64,000 nucleotides of DNA from Candidatus Latescibacterota bacterium (GCA_965203355.1 OZ241889.1:1760001-1824000); one strand, 5' to 3'. Counted from the stretch's first letter, positions 1-10,196 are shown. Made by a program: numbers and translations. The notes: generated from the sequence alone by a model not told the origin.

Positions 1-2
1 CG

Positions 3-1031
3 CTCTTCGGCGACCCGGCGACGCGCTTGGCCATGCCGCGCTTTCAGGTGCAGATCGACGCGGCCGACTCGCTCCGCGCCCTCGGCGAGGTAGCCATCGC
101 CGGCCAAGTGCTCGACGCGGCGGGTGCGCTGGCTACGGCCTATGCGGGCCAAGTGTGGTTGCAGGCCTTTGATTCGAGTGAAGAGAGCGCCCTAGAGGGC
201 TATACGTACCAGCAGACCGGTGCTCCCATGTTTCGCGGTCGCTTTCCTGTAGCCGAGGGCCGCTTCCGCGCCGCGTTTCGAGTCCCCAAAGACATTACGT
301 ACGGCGGGCAAAACGGCCGCATCAGTGCCTACGTCTGGAGCGATGATCAGCCGGCGGCTGTTGGCGCGGTGAGTGAACTGGTGCTGGCGGGCACGGCTGA
401 AGGAGTGGAAGCGGATGTGGAAGGTCCCGAAATTTCCCTGCGCTTCACGGGAGCCAAAGGCAACGCGATTCCGCGGCAGACGGTGTTGTTGGCCTCGATT
501 GCGGATCCCAGCGGCATCAACATCACCGGAGAAACCGGGCACGAAATTGAGCTGGCCATCGACGGCGAGCTATTCACTTTGACGGATCTGTACAGCGTGC
601 AGGGCGGGGATTATCGGCAGGGGGTCATCGAATTTCCCTTGCCCGAATTGGCCATCGGCCAACGCGAAATCCGCTTGAAGGCTTGGGACAACTTCAACAA
701 TTCGTCGCGTGCGACCGTGGTCGTCACGGTCGGAGACGACGAAGGCGAGGCCGGCCTTACCAACGTCCTATTTTATCCGAATCCCATGCGCGATAGCGGC
801 CACTTCACGTATGAGTTAGCAGACGAGATGCAGGCGGTGCAGATAGCGGTCTTTTCGCTGGCTGGGCGGCTGATAGAGCGGCTAGCGGGGCCGACACGCG
901 CTGGCTACAACCAAGTGCCCTGGACGCCGCCGCCGGGTTTGGCCAACGGCGCGTATATTTATCGAATAGAAGCCGAGGGGGCACGCGGTGCGGCGGTCGC
1001 ACGGCGCGCTGTCTTGCAGGTCGCCAAGTGA
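3..1031 (+). CDS. porU: T9SS sortase PorU-like C25 peptidase, C-terminal part (5' truncated by window)
   Basis: Frame open from nt 3 reads LFGDPA (end of C25/gingipain domain), then PorU-like FRVPKDI, D-x-EGP-x-I, D-x-SGIN-x-TG-x-GH and LKAWDNFNNSS, and a C-terminal FYPNP...NGAYIYRI sorting domain; adjacent to porV. Confidence 0.8.
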   Translation, partial: LFGDPATRLAMPRFQVQIDAADSLRALGEVAIAGQVLDAAGALATAYAGQVWLQAFDSSEESALEGYTYQQTGAPMFRGRFPVAEGRFRAAFRVPKDITYGGQNGRISAYVWSDDQPAAVGAVSELVLAGTAEGVEADVEGPEISLRFTGAKGNAIPRQTVLLASIADPSGINITGETGHEIELAIDGELFTLTDLYSVQGGDYRQGVIEFPLPELAIGQREIRLKAWDNFNNSSRATVVVTVGDDEGEAGLTNVLFYPNPMRDSGHFTYELADEMQAVQIAVFSLAGRLIERLAGPTRAGYNQVPWTPPPGLANGAYIYRIEAEGARGAAVARRAVLQVAK

Positions 1032-1127
1032 GCATGGCGAGAGGAATGCCTTTGCAGCAATGAGATCGCCTTAGTACGTAGGAGGCATCATTTTTCTATT
1101 TTATTCCGAGCTGAGGAGGACTCCGCT

Positions 1128-2180
1128 ATGAGGAAACTGACGACCCTGCTGTTGGCTGGCCTTTGCGTCAGCGCATGGCCCGATGGGGTCCGGGCCACGC
1201 CCGAGAGCCGCAGTGCTCCGCTGCTGTTGTTGATCGAGCCGGGTTCCCGCGCCATTGCCATGGGCGAATCGTACGTGGCGGTGGCCGATGACGCCACTGC
1301 GAGCTACTTCAACCCAGCCGCGCTTGTCGGGCAAAACAAGAAAAAGCTCCACCTTTCACACACCAAGTGGCTGCCGAAGCTGGCCGATGACTTGTCCTAC
1401 GAGTTTTTGGCCTATTCCCAGCCCGTAGAAGGATGGGGCAGCTTTGGCTTCAATGTCGCACTGCTCAATCTAGGCGAGCAGATCCGCACGGACGAGCGCG
1501 GCAACCAACAAGGCACTTTCCGCAGCTATGACGTGGCGGTGTCTGCGGCCTACGGGGCGCATATCGGCGACCATTCGGCCGCTGGTATCGGCTTGAAGTT
1601 CATCCGCAGCAATTTGGCCGACGCCGGGGCCGGCATTGAGCGAGGGCGAGGTGTGGGCAACAGCTTTGCCGCGGATTTGGGTTTTTTGTGGAAGCCCGTT
1701 CCCAGCCTCAGTTTTGGCGCGGCCCTGCGCAATCTAGGCCCTAAAATTGCCTATATCGACGCCGATCAGGCCGATCCGCTGCCCCAGCACATCGTCGTCG
1801 GAGTGGCCTACGACGTGATGGATACCCAATACAACGACCTGATGCTCTCCTTTGATCTGTACAAGCCGCTGATTGCCGATGGGTCTTTTGTCGGCAACTT
1901 GGCCAAGGCCTGGGCCGACGAGGGCCTGAGCAACGAGTTCAAGGAGATGGACCTGCACGTGGGCGGCGAATACAAATACGGGCTTTCCGCGCGCGAAGGG
2001 GAGGCGTTTATCGCGTTGCGGGCGGGCCTTTCTCAGGATTTCGATGGCGAGGTGAGCACCAAGACCTTTGGCGTTGGGCTAAAATACAATCGCTTCCAGT
2101 TTGACGTGGCGTATATAATCGGCAGCGAAGAGACGGTGGTGGGAGACAATACGCCCATTTCCATGAACATCATTTTCTGA
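1128..2180 (+). CDS. porV: PorV/PorQ-family outer-membrane beta-barrel
   Basis: Signal peptide; LLIEPGSRAIAMGE..VAVADDATASYFNPA motif; HTKWL; C-terminal Phe; RBS gaggagg. Confidence 0.8.
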   Translation: MRKLTTLLLAGLCVSAWPDGVRATPESRSAPLLLLIEPGSRAIAMGESYVAVADDATASYFNPAALVGQNKKKLHLSHTKWLPKLADDLSYEFLAYSQPVEGWGSFGFNVALLNLGEQIRTDERGNQQGTFRSYDVAVSAAYGAHIGDHSAAGIGLKFIRSNLADAGAGIERGRGVGNSFAADLGFLWKPVPSLSFGAALRNLGPKIAYIDADQADPLPQHIVVGVAYDVMDTQYNDLMLSFDLYKPLIADGSFVGNLAKAWADEGLSNEFKEMDLHVGGEYKYGLSAREGEAFIALRAGLSQDFDGEVSTKTFGVGLKYNRFQFDVAYIIGSEETVVGDNTPISMNIIF

Positions 2181-2235
2181 GGGTGTTTCCATCGGACGCT
2201 GGTTTTGTTGCCGCGGCGCGCGGCGACGCTGCGAT

Positions 2236-4959
2236 TTGGCTCCCTTGCTCCTCTTAGGCTTCTGCCTCACACTGCTGTGGTCAGCGGCCACCGACGCGGC
2301 TGCCGAGTGGCGAATTTTGGCTTTGCGCGTGGATTTTCCGCGCGAAGAGCCCGATGAGCTGACGACCACTGGAATCGGCGCGTTTGATCTGCGGTCGGCC
2401 GCGGAAGCGGCTGAGAGTTACGCGCTTCCCTACGACCTGCCGCCGCACGACCGCGCTTATTTCGAGCGGCATTTGACCGCGTTGGCGCGTTACTACGAGG
2501 TCGTATCCGCCGGTCGGGTGGCGATTTCCGCCGAGGTATTTCCCCGCGCCGCACAGCAGGCGTACACCCTTCCCCAACCCATGCTTCACTACGGCAACGG
2601 GCGCACGACCGAGGAAATCGGCGCGAAGTGGATCGAGTTGGTCCGCGATGCCCTGTACGCTGCGCTAGCCGATCCCGATGGCCCGCGCTTGGACGAATTC
2701 AACAGCTTCCTCGTGTTGCACGCTGGAGTTGGCTACGAGACGGGCGCACTGAACGATATTCGCTCGGTATTCCTAGCCGAGAGCGATTTTGCGGGTTTTA
2801 ACGGGGGGCCGCTGACCGTGGGGGGGGTGGAGATTGAGCAGGCGTGGATCCTGCCAGAATCGCCCAGCCTCAACGGTCGGGCTGGCCTCAATGGCTTGCT
2901 GGCCAAGTTCTTTGGCCACCAGTTGGGTCTGCCCGGGTTGTCCAATTTCGCCGAAGGTACCCCGGCGCTGGGCGGTTGGAGCCTGATGGATATAGGAGCC
3001 AATGTTTCGGGCTACGTGCGGACCGACAGCCTCGCGTGGGTGGTTGGTTTCGCTCCGCCGCATCCCATGGCGTGGAGCAAGATGCAGCTGGGGTGGATCG
3101 AGCCGGTGGTGGTGCGGCGCGACACGGTACTATCGCTGCTGGCGACCGACCGCAACGGCGATCTGCCCAAGGCCGTGCGCATCCCCATTGACGCGCACGA
3201 ATACTTTTTGCTGGAGAACAGGCAGCAGCGCGGCCAGCGCGGGATTGAAGATAAGGTGTGGATCGACCTCGATCAGGTCTCCCTAGCAGAGGGCGTGTGG
3301 ACGGCGATGGACGAATACGACGCCTTTGTCCCGGGGTCGGGGGTGCTGATATGGCACGTAGATGAAGGCGTGATGGCTCGCGCCGGGGATCCCAGTGCCG
3401 CGAATAATCAGGCCCATTGGCAGGCGATTGCCTTGGAAGAAGCCGATGGATACCGCGACATTGGCCATCCGGTCTTTGAGCGGCAAGGGCAGATCGAGGG
3501 GTCACCAGACGATCCGTTGTTTGTCGGCGGACAAACGCTGTTTGGCGCGGCGACCCAACCCGATTCGCGCAGCAATCGGGAGTGGGAGACCGGCATTGAA
3601 ATCGAAGTGCTTTCCACACCCGGTGATACCATGCAGGTGGCTATACGCTTTGCGCGTGTGCGCTTAGGCTGGCCGCGGGATTTGCCGGGCGACGGTCGGC
3701 TGCAAACCGCCGATCTGGACGGCGACGGAATACAAGAGTTGCTCTTTGAAGCCGGGGGGGGCGTCGGCTATGCGACCGGCGACAGCGTGGCGGCGTGGCA
3801 AGTACCAAGGGCGCGGTTGCTGGCGGCTGGCGACGGCGACGGCGATGGCCGGCCCGAGGTTTTTTTGCGGCGCGACGCCGAGGTGAGCGCGTGGGACGTT
3901 GGGGCGGACCAACCGCTATGGCAACTGGCGCTAGATGAAGTGCTGTCGGACGCGCGTTTCAGCGCGGCCGCCGCGGCCGAGTTGCTACTTGTCGGAGCGG
4001 AACAAACCTATGTGGTAGATGCCATAAGCGGCGCGCTAAAGCAACAAAGGCCGCCGATGATGCCCTCGGCTGTAGGCGATTTGGACGGCGACGGCCAAAT
4101 CGAGCGGATCTTTGCCGCGGCTGACGGACAGGTCGAGATCGGAGGGCGGGTCGTCGAGTTGGGCGATTCGCTCGCCGCGCCGCCGGTCTTGGGCGATTTG
4201 GATGGCGATGGCTTGTTGGAGGTGGTTTTGCTGGCGCGCGGTGGAGCGATACACGCCTTGCGCTCCGACGGATTGGGCCAAGCCGACTTTCCCACGGCCT
4301 TGCCGCGCTTTGCCGCAGCCGGCGACCCGGTCTTCGAGCCGGTGCTTTGCGACGTGGATGCCGACGGCAAACAGGAGATATTCGTCGCCGGCCCCAGCGG
4401 GATTTTTGGCGTAGACGAGGATGGGCGGCTCTTGTCGGGCTTTCCCCTGCTGATGGCCGCGCCCCCGACCGCGTCGCCGGTGGTAGTGGACTTAGACGGC
4501 GATGGCCGGTTGGCGTTAGCGGCCTTGGCGAGCACGGCTGTGTATGCGTGGGATTTGCCGGCGGTGGCGGCGCAGTACACCGGAGGACCGGCCCATTGGT
4601 CGCAGGCCGGTGCCGATGCGGCGGGGTCGCGGACGGTGCTGGTGGCTGGGCGGCCCGTTGTGCGGCCTGGGAAGCCCTTGCTAGATCGGGTCTATTGCTA
4701 TCCGAATCCGGTCGGCCCGAATGAAGCAGCGCGGTTGCGCTTTGCGCTGAGTGCGGCCGGGCGCGTTGAATTGGAGGTATTCGATGCGTTGGGCGGGCGC
4801 GTTGGCCAGTTCGGCCGCGACGGCTTGGCCGCTGGTGAGCGCGAAATCACGTGGCCGGTGGCAGCCTATGCGAGCGGCCTGTATCTGTGCCGATTGATCG
4901 CGCACAGCGACGACGGACGGCGCGCCGAAGCCGTGGTCAGAATGGCGGTGAGTCAATGA
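2236..4959 (+). CDS. Secreted M6 (immune inhibitor A)-like protein with FG-GAP/VCBS repeats and T9SS-type CTD; zinc motif degenerate
   Basis: M6 motifs GGWSLMD, AWSKxxLGW, EYFLLENRQ, GVLIWHVDE, LEEADG; repeated DLDGDG; YCYPNP CTD; HExxH replaced by KFFGH. Confidence 0.75.
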   Translation: MAPLLLLGFCLTLLWSAATDAAAEWRILALRVDFPREEPDELTTTGIGAFDLRSAAEAAESYALPYDLPPHDRAYFERHLTALARYYEVVSAGRVAISAEVFPRAAQQAYTLPQPMLHYGNGRTTEEIGAKWIELVRDALYAALADPDGPRLDEFNSFLVLHAGVGYETGALNDIRSVFLAESDFAGFNGGPLTVGGVEIEQAWILPESPSLNGRAGLNGLLAKFFGHQLGLPGLSNFAEGTPALGGWSLMDIGANVSGYVRTDSLAWVVGFAPPHPMAWSKMQLGWIEPVVVRRDTVLSLLATDRNGDLPKAVRIPIDAHEYFLLENRQQRGQRGIEDKVWIDLDQVSLAEGVWTAMDEYDAFVPGSGVLIWHVDEGVMARAGDPSAANNQAHWQAIALEEADGYRDIGHPVFERQGQIEGSPDDPLFVGGQTLFGAATQPDSRSNREWETGIEIEVLSTPGDTMQVAIRFARVRLGWPRDLPGDGRLQTADLDGDGIQELLFEAGGGVGYATGDSVAAWQVPRARLLAAGDGDGDGRPEVFLRRDAEVSAWDVGADQPLWQLALDEVLSDARFSAAAAAELLLVGAEQTYVVDAISGALKQQRPPMMPSAVGDLDGDGQIERIFAAADGQVEIGGRVVELGDSLAAPPVLGDLDGDGLLEVVLLARGGAIHALRSDGLGQADFPTALPRFAAAGDPVFEPVLCDVDADGKQEIFVAGPSGIFGVDEDGRLLSGFPLLMAAPPTASPVVVDLDGDGRLALAALASTAVYAWDLPAVAAQYTGGPAHWSQAGADAAGSRTVLVAGRPVVRPGKPLLDRVYCYPNPVGPNEAARLRFALSAAGRVELEVFDALGGRVGQFGRDGLAAGEREITWPVAAYASGLYLCRLIAHSDDGRRAEAVVRMAVSQ

Positions 4960-7900
4960 TAAGGTTCGCGTTTTGTCTGCTGCTCAGTTGGGCGGGTGCG
5001 TCCTGGGCCCAAAACCACCCGCAATTAGCTTGGCAGGTGGTGGAGACCGAGCACTTTCGCATTTTCTATCACCAGGGGTTGGAAGGGGCGGCGGCGCGGG
5101 CGGCGCGCATTGCCGAAGCCGCGTACGCGCCCCTTACCGAGCTGTATGGGTACGAGCCGGACGGGCGCGTGCGGATCGTGCTCAAGGACCACGACGATTA
5201 CGCCAATGGCGCTGCTTTTTTCTATCAAGACGCCATTGAGATCTGGGCCACATCGCTGGACCACGACTTTGACTTGCGCGGCAGCTCGGACTGGCTGCGC
5301 AACGTAATTACCCACGAGTTTGCCCACATCATTTCGCTGGGTGCCGCGCGCAAGGGCGTCCAGCGCGTCCCGGCGCTCTATTTGCAGTACTTTGGCTACC
5401 AGCGGGAGAAAGATCGGCCTGACATTCTCACCGGCTACCCAGATGTCATCGCCTCTTATCCAGTGATGGGCACGGTGGTGCCGATGTGGCTGGCCGAGGG
5501 CGCGGCCCAGTATGGCACTGCGACTACGGCTCACGACCGCTGGGACGCCAACCGCGACATGGTGCTGCGTTCTTTGGTGCTGGCCGACGAGCAGCTATCC
5601 TTCGAGCAGATGGGCGTCTTTGGCAAGCAGGGCTTTGGCAACGAATACGTGTACGATCACGGCTTTGGCTTGGTGCGCTACATTGCCGAGACATACGGGG
5701 AAGAAAAAGTCGCCGAACTCTATCGGGCCGCATCGCAGTGGCACACACTCGCCATTGACGGGGCGTGCAAAAAGGTCTTGGGCAAGAGCGCGGACGAGTT
5801 ATACGGCGAGTGGATCGAGTCGATGCGGCAGGGCTATCAGGCGCAGGTGGCGGCGTTGGGGCCGCTGCGCGAAGGCGAGCGAATTGCGGATGTCGGCTTT
5901 TCCAATCTGCGGCCGCGACTGGCCCCCAATGGCACGCGATTGGCGTATCTGTCAACGCGCAAGCGGCACCACTACCCACACGGCTTAATCGTGCGCGACC
6001 TCGCTACCGGCGAGGAGGAAATCGCCGCGTTTCCGGTGGCCGCTTCGACTGTGGATTGGTCGCCAGACGGGCGCAAACTGCTCTTTTCGCGCATTGACCG
6101 AGCCGACAAATACGGTTCGCGGCAGGCGGATATTTACGAGTGGGATTCCGCGGCCGCGGGTCCTAGTTTTTGGCGCAGTATGCTGTGGTTTGTGCCGGCT
6201 CTGGTCAGCGGCACGGCGCCAGAGACGCCGCGCATCAAGCGGTTGACGCGGGGGCTGCGCGCACTGTATCCGACCTACGCGCCCGATGGTGAGTGGATCG
6301 TCTTTGTGCAAAACAAGGACGCCAGCAACAATTTGGCGATGGTGCGGGCCGACGGCACAGACCTGCGCTATCTGACCCATTTCGCCGACGGCACCCAGCT
6401 CTACACGCCGCGCTTTTCGCCCGATGGCCGCAAGCTGGCGTTTGCCATCGCGCGCGAGGGCCAGCGCGACATCGCCGTAGTGGAGTTGGACGCCGGGGGC
6501 GGTTTACTCGCCGAAGGAGCATTCGACCTCGCCATTGCCACGCCGGGTACGGACCGCGATCCAGCGTGGAGTGCCGATGGCGCGGAGCTCGTGTTTGCGT
6601 CGGATTTTAGCGGCATTTTCAACATTTATGCTCTGAACTTAGAGACGCATGCGCTGCGGCAGATAACCAATACTGTCGGCGGTGCGTTTAGCCCATCGGT
6701 CGGCTCGGACCGCGAGGTCGTCTTTACGGCTTATACGGCGGCTGGCTTTGAGATTCGCCAGTTGCCGGGCGAGGGGACGGCGGTGGCGGCTGACGAGGCG
6801 TGGTTTTCCCAATATGTGCCGCTGGAGTGGGACGGTGCGCCAGCACGCGCGTTGCCGAGTGCGCCGCAAGCCTATGGCATTGACTTTCTCAAGACCGGGG
6901 TTCTGCCGAGGCTGTTTGTCGACGAGGGGCGTTTCAAGGCGGGCGCGTATATCTCTTCTAGCGACGTGCTCAATCGCCAGAGCATATTGGCCGGAGGGGC
7001 GATCGCGCCAGACAATGCCGACCGCGACTTGTTCGCCATATACGAGTTTAAGGGATTTCGCCCTACCTTCTTTTTAGAGGCATTCAATCAGCGTCGGCGC
7101 TCGGCCCGCGGCGATAGCTCGAAGGCGCGGGCGGGCATTGTCAACGCCGTCAATTACAACTTGAGCCAGTTCAACGCTGGGGTGCGCGGCAAGTTGGGTC
7201 GCTACGGGGAGCTGACGGCTTCGGCCATGTACGAACGCTACGACGCCAGCGTCCAATGGGAGGCTTTTGTGCCGCGCCGCGACGGTGGCCTCGGTTTTGA
7301 ACGCCAGCGGCAAAGGCCCTTTGGCTATACCTATCTCAATGGTTTTGGCTTAGGGCTGACCTATCGGTTGGCGCTGATTGCGCGGCGGCGGGATCGCGAG
7401 ATAAGCCCGGTGGGCCGTCAGCTCTACGCGCGCTACGACCGGATGTTCAACTATTTCATCGACGGCTTTAACGAGCAGGCCTCTTTTATCGACGAGAATT
7501 ATATCAAGCTCTTTTACAATCAGTTTACCGTTGATTGGCGAGAGCACATGCGCATGCCCGGCAATACTCGCTTGGGCCTGCGGCTGTACGGCGGCTGGAT
7601 CGACAATGACGCGGTGAGCGACACGTCGCGGGTCGGCGATTTCTTCGACTATCGCCTCGGCGGTCTCAACTTTATGAAGGGCTATACGTTTTACAGTATT
7701 GAGGGGCGCAAGGCCCTGATGGGCACGGCGACGCTGCGCTTTCCCTTGCTGCCGAATGTGGGCAAGCGCATGGCGCAGCTGTATTTCGACAAAGTGTATG
7801 GTGCGGTGTACGCTAGCATGGGCAAGGCTTGGGACCGGAATATCGGCGAGTGGAACGAACGATATGGACGCGACGGCCCGCTGCGGGATGTGGGGGGGCA

Positions 7901-8033
7901 GTTGCGCTTTGACTTGATTTCTTACTACAGTGTGCCGACGCGGGTGCAGGTGGATGTGGCTTACGGGATTGACGAGGTGCCGGATAAGGGACGGTGGAAG
8001 TCCTATTTTACTGTGTTGTTTGGGTATTTGTAG
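4956..8033 (+). CDS. Outer-membrane protein: MA-clan zinc-peptidase-like domain + TolB/PD40 propeller + Omp85/BamA-like barrel
   Basis: ATGA overlap with upstream stop; signal peptide; HEFAH...EGAAQY; WSPDG/FSPDG/WSADG repeats; C-terminal LGG...KGY barrel motif. Confidence 0.7.
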   Translation: MIRFAFCLLLSWAGASWAQNHPQLAWQVVETEHFRIFYHQGLEGAAARAARIAEAAYAPLTELYGYEPDGRVRIVLKDHDDYANGAAFFYQDAIEIWATSLDHDFDLRGSSDWLRNVITHEFAHIISLGAARKGVQRVPALYLQYFGYQREKDRPDILTGYPDVIASYPVMGTVVPMWLAEGAAQYGTATTAHDRWDANRDMVLRSLVLADEQLSFEQMGVFGKQGFGNEYVYDHGFGLVRYIAETYGEEKVAELYRAASQWHTLAIDGACKKVLGKSADELYGEWIESMRQGYQAQVAALGPLREGERIADVGFSNLRPRLAPNGTRLAYLSTRKRHHYPHGLIVRDLATGEEEIAAFPVAASTVDWSPDGRKLLFSRIDRADKYGSRQADIYEWDSAAAGPSFWRSMLWFVPALVSGTAPETPRIKRLTRGLRALYPTYAPDGEWIVFVQNKDASNNLAMVRADGTDLRYLTHFADGTQLYTPRFSPDGRKLAFAIAREGQRDIAVVELDAGGGLLAEGAFDLAIATPGTDRDPAWSADGAELVFASDFSGIFNIYALNLETHALRQITNTVGGAFSPSVGSDREVVFTAYTAAGFEIRQLPGEGTAVAADEAWFSQYVPLEWDGAPARALPSAPQAYGIDFLKTGVLPRLFVDEGRFKAGAYISSSDVLNRQSILAGGAIAPDNADRDLFAIYEFKGFRPTFFLEAFNQRRRSARGDSSKARAGIVNAVNYNLSQFNAGVRGKLGRYGELTASAMYERYDASVQWEAFVPRRDGGLGFERQRQRPFGYTYLNGFGLGLTYRLALIARRRDREISPVGRQLYARYDRMFNYFIDGFNEQASFIDENYIKLFYNQFTVDWREHMRMPGNTRLGLRLYGGWIDNDAVSDTSRVGDFFDYRLGGLNFMKGYTFYSIEGRKALMGTATLRFPLLPNVGKRMAQLYFDKVYGAVYASMGKAWDRNIGEWNERYGRDGPLRDVGGQLRFDLISYYSVPTRVQVDVAYGIDEVPDKGRWKSYFTVLFGYL

Positions 8034-8054
8034 GGCGCACATTTCGAGGTAGAG

Positions 8055-8978
8055 ATGCTACGGCACGTGACAATTCCGCATCCATTTCCCTATCAGGGTA
8101 GTAAGCGCGGCATTGCACGGCATATCCTCGCGCATTTTCCGCGCGATGTCGATTGCCTCATCGAGCCTTTTTGCGGGTCCGGTGCCATTGCTCTTGCCGC
8201 TGCCGCGCACGGGATCGCAAAGCGATTTTGGCTCAATGATTTGAACGAACCTTTGATCGGGCTGTGGGAAGAAATTTTGCAGCGGCCCAATGAGCTGAGT
8301 AAAAACTATGAACGGCTATGGATGGAACAACACCCGGACAAAAGGGCTTTCTTTCTCGACATTCGCGACAAATTCAATGCAGCCCATCGGCCTCATCACC
8401 TGCTCTATCTGCTGGCGCGCATAGTAAAAGGCTCGGTGCGGTACAGTGCCGAGGGCTCGTTCAACCAAAGCGCGGACAACCGACGGTCGGGCATGCGTCC
8501 CATACTTATGCAGCGTCAGATACGCGGCGTTCACACCCTGCTTGCTAGGAAAACCACGCTTTCCGCAGTCGATTTCCGCGCGGTGATCGCAGAGGCCGAT
8601 AAAGAGGATCTCATTTACATGGACCCGCCCTATCAGGGTACATCTTTTACGAGGGATCATAGGTATTGTAGCGGCCTGAACTATGCCGAGTTCGCAGACG
8701 CGCTGCAAGCTATGAACGATCGGGGGCTTTCTTACATAGCGAGCTACGACGGGAAAACCGGCGAAAAAAGCCACGGCAAGCCACTGCCTCGCTCGCTTTC
8801 CCTTGCTCACTTGCACATTCGCGCTGGTCGCTCAAGCCAGGCGACACTCTTGGGCGACAAGCACGAGACGGTCGAATCCCTGTATCTTTCGCCTGCTTTA
8901 GTGGAGCGTTTGAACGATGGTCAGTTAGCCATTGTCGGTCGTGCTATTGGGCGTTTCCAGAATCCTATAATCATGTAG
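8055..8978 (+). CDS. Dam/D12-family DNA adenine methyltransferase
   Basis: PYQGSKR, EPFCGSG (motif I), DPPY (motif IV); lower GC than flanks. Confidence 0.9.
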   Translation: MLRHVTIPHPFPYQGSKRGIARHILAHFPRDVDCLIEPFCGSGAIALAAAAHGIAKRFWLNDLNEPLIGLWEEILQRPNELSKNYERLWMEQHPDKRAFFLDIRDKFNAAHRPHHLLYLLARIVKGSVRYSAEGSFNQSADNRRSGMRPILMQRQIRGVHTLLARKTTLSAVDFRAVIAEADKEDLIYMDPPYQGTSFTRDHRYCSGLNYAEFADALQAMNDRGLSYIASYDGKTGEKSHGKPLPRSLSLAHLHIRAGRSSQATLLGDKHETVESLYLSPALVERLNDGQLAIVGRAIGRFQNPIIM

Positions 8979-9094
8979 CGATGCGCGCGATGCGCAGGCT
9001 GGATGTTCTATGGACCGGTGCGGAAGTAACCGAGTACGACCGATTGCAAGAGACCGCCGAGAAAGTTGGCGAAGAAACTCGAATGTGCAGGTGA
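8933..9094 (+). pseudogene. C-terminal remnant of a probable cognate (HNH-type) restriction endonuclease
   Basis: Alternative frame overlapping the MTase 3' end reads CRSCYWAFPESYNHVAMRAMRRLDVLWTGAEVTEYDRLQE...; no start codon or N-terminal part present. Confidence 0.55.
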
Positions 9095-9123
9095 TTAGAG
9101 TATAAAACTAGGTCGCGCTTTGA

Positions 9124-9238
9124 TAATGGTACATTTTGCAATCTCCAATTGTCGCGCGGGCTTGGGGGGTCGGGGTTCAGGCGGAGCCGGGGCGACCCGT
9201 TTAACGGGAGTAAAGCTAAATCGCAAAATGTACCACTA
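9124..9238. mobile_element. MITE-like element with terminal inverted repeats and TA ends
   Basis: TGGTACATTTTGC (9127-9139) / GCAAAATGTACCA (9223-9235) perfect 13-bp IR, bounded by TA at 9124 and 9237; internal palindrome CCCGTTTAACGGG. Confidence 0.65.
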
Positions 9239-9274
9239 CCCGCGTTTTGGGTGTTGCAATGGAAAGGAGCGAGC

Positions 9275-10192
9275 ATGACGAGGACAGGAATCGCGCTGGT
9301 GGTTGCGCTGCTAACGGCTAGCGGCCTCCAAGCCGAGGGATTGCCGAGTATTTTGAGCGCGGAGGGACAGGCGTTTTTGGCGGGATTGCGGGCGGTAGAA
9401 GGCGATGCGAACCCTGAGCCAACGCCTCGCGTTGCGCCGCGCAAGGACAAGTCGTCGAAGCGGGCGTTTTTGCTGTCCGCGCTGGTGCCGGGGTTAGGCG
9501 AGTGGTATGCGGGGTCGAAGAAGCGAGGACTGGCGTTTTTGGGCGCCGAAGCCGCGCTATGGGGCCTGTGGGCGGTCTGGCGGGGCCAGGGCAATGACCT
9601 GGAGGAAAAGTTCCGAGCCGTAGCCGACGAGCACTGGGATCCGCTCAACTACTTGGCTTGGCGCGGCTCGACGATGTCAAACAATTCTTCGATCACGCAC
9701 GCGCTGCCTTGTAGTAGCGAGGTCGTCCGCGTGTACATTCCAGCGCGCAACGAGTGGATGCAGCAGCAGCGAACAGGTGGGTTGGGGAGTGCGGCCTTCG
9801 GCGGATGCGCGCCGCGTGAGGTTCAGCAGTACTACGAACTGCTTGGCAAATACGATCAATATGTCGCTGGTTGGGACGATCTAGTGAGCCGCAGGACCGG
9901 CAATGCGGCTGCGCCGGCCGATGTCGATTCCGTCGAAAATTTCCATTCCGAGCGTCGGCTCCGCTACGAAGACCAGCGCGATGAGAGCAATCGCTTTCTC
10001 AAGCGAGCTTCCACCATAAGCGGGGTCATCCTGATCAACCACGTTATCAGCGCCATAGACGCGGCGCGGGTGGCGCGGGCGCGGGCTGCGGGGGCGGACG
10101 AAGCGGCCCTGCGGCGGCGGACGCGCTTGGCGTTGGTCGTGCCGCCGTGGGGGCGCGTGCCCATGCTCGTGGCGTACAAGCCGTTGGATTGA
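9275..10192 (+). CDS. Hypothetical exported/membrane protein (SALVPGLGE motif, DUF5683/TM2-like)
   Basis: RBS aaaggag before ATG 9275; signal peptide; AFLLSALVPGLGEWY and NHVISAIDA motifs. Confidence 0.65.
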   Translation: MTRTGIALVVALLTASGLQAEGLPSILSAEGQAFLAGLRAVEGDANPEPTPRVAPRKDKSSKRAFLLSALVPGLGEWYAGSKKRGLAFLGAEAALWGLWAVWRGQGNDLEEKFRAVADEHWDPLNYLAWRGSTMSNNSSITHALPCSSEVVRVYIPARNEWMQQQRTGGLGSAAFGGCAPREVQQYYELLGKYDQYVAGWDDLVSRRTGNAAAPADVDSVENFHSERRLRYEDQRDESNRFLKRASTISGVILINHVISAIDAARVARARAAGADEAALRRRTRLALVVPPWGRVPMLVAYKPLD

Positions 10193-10196
10193 GCTT

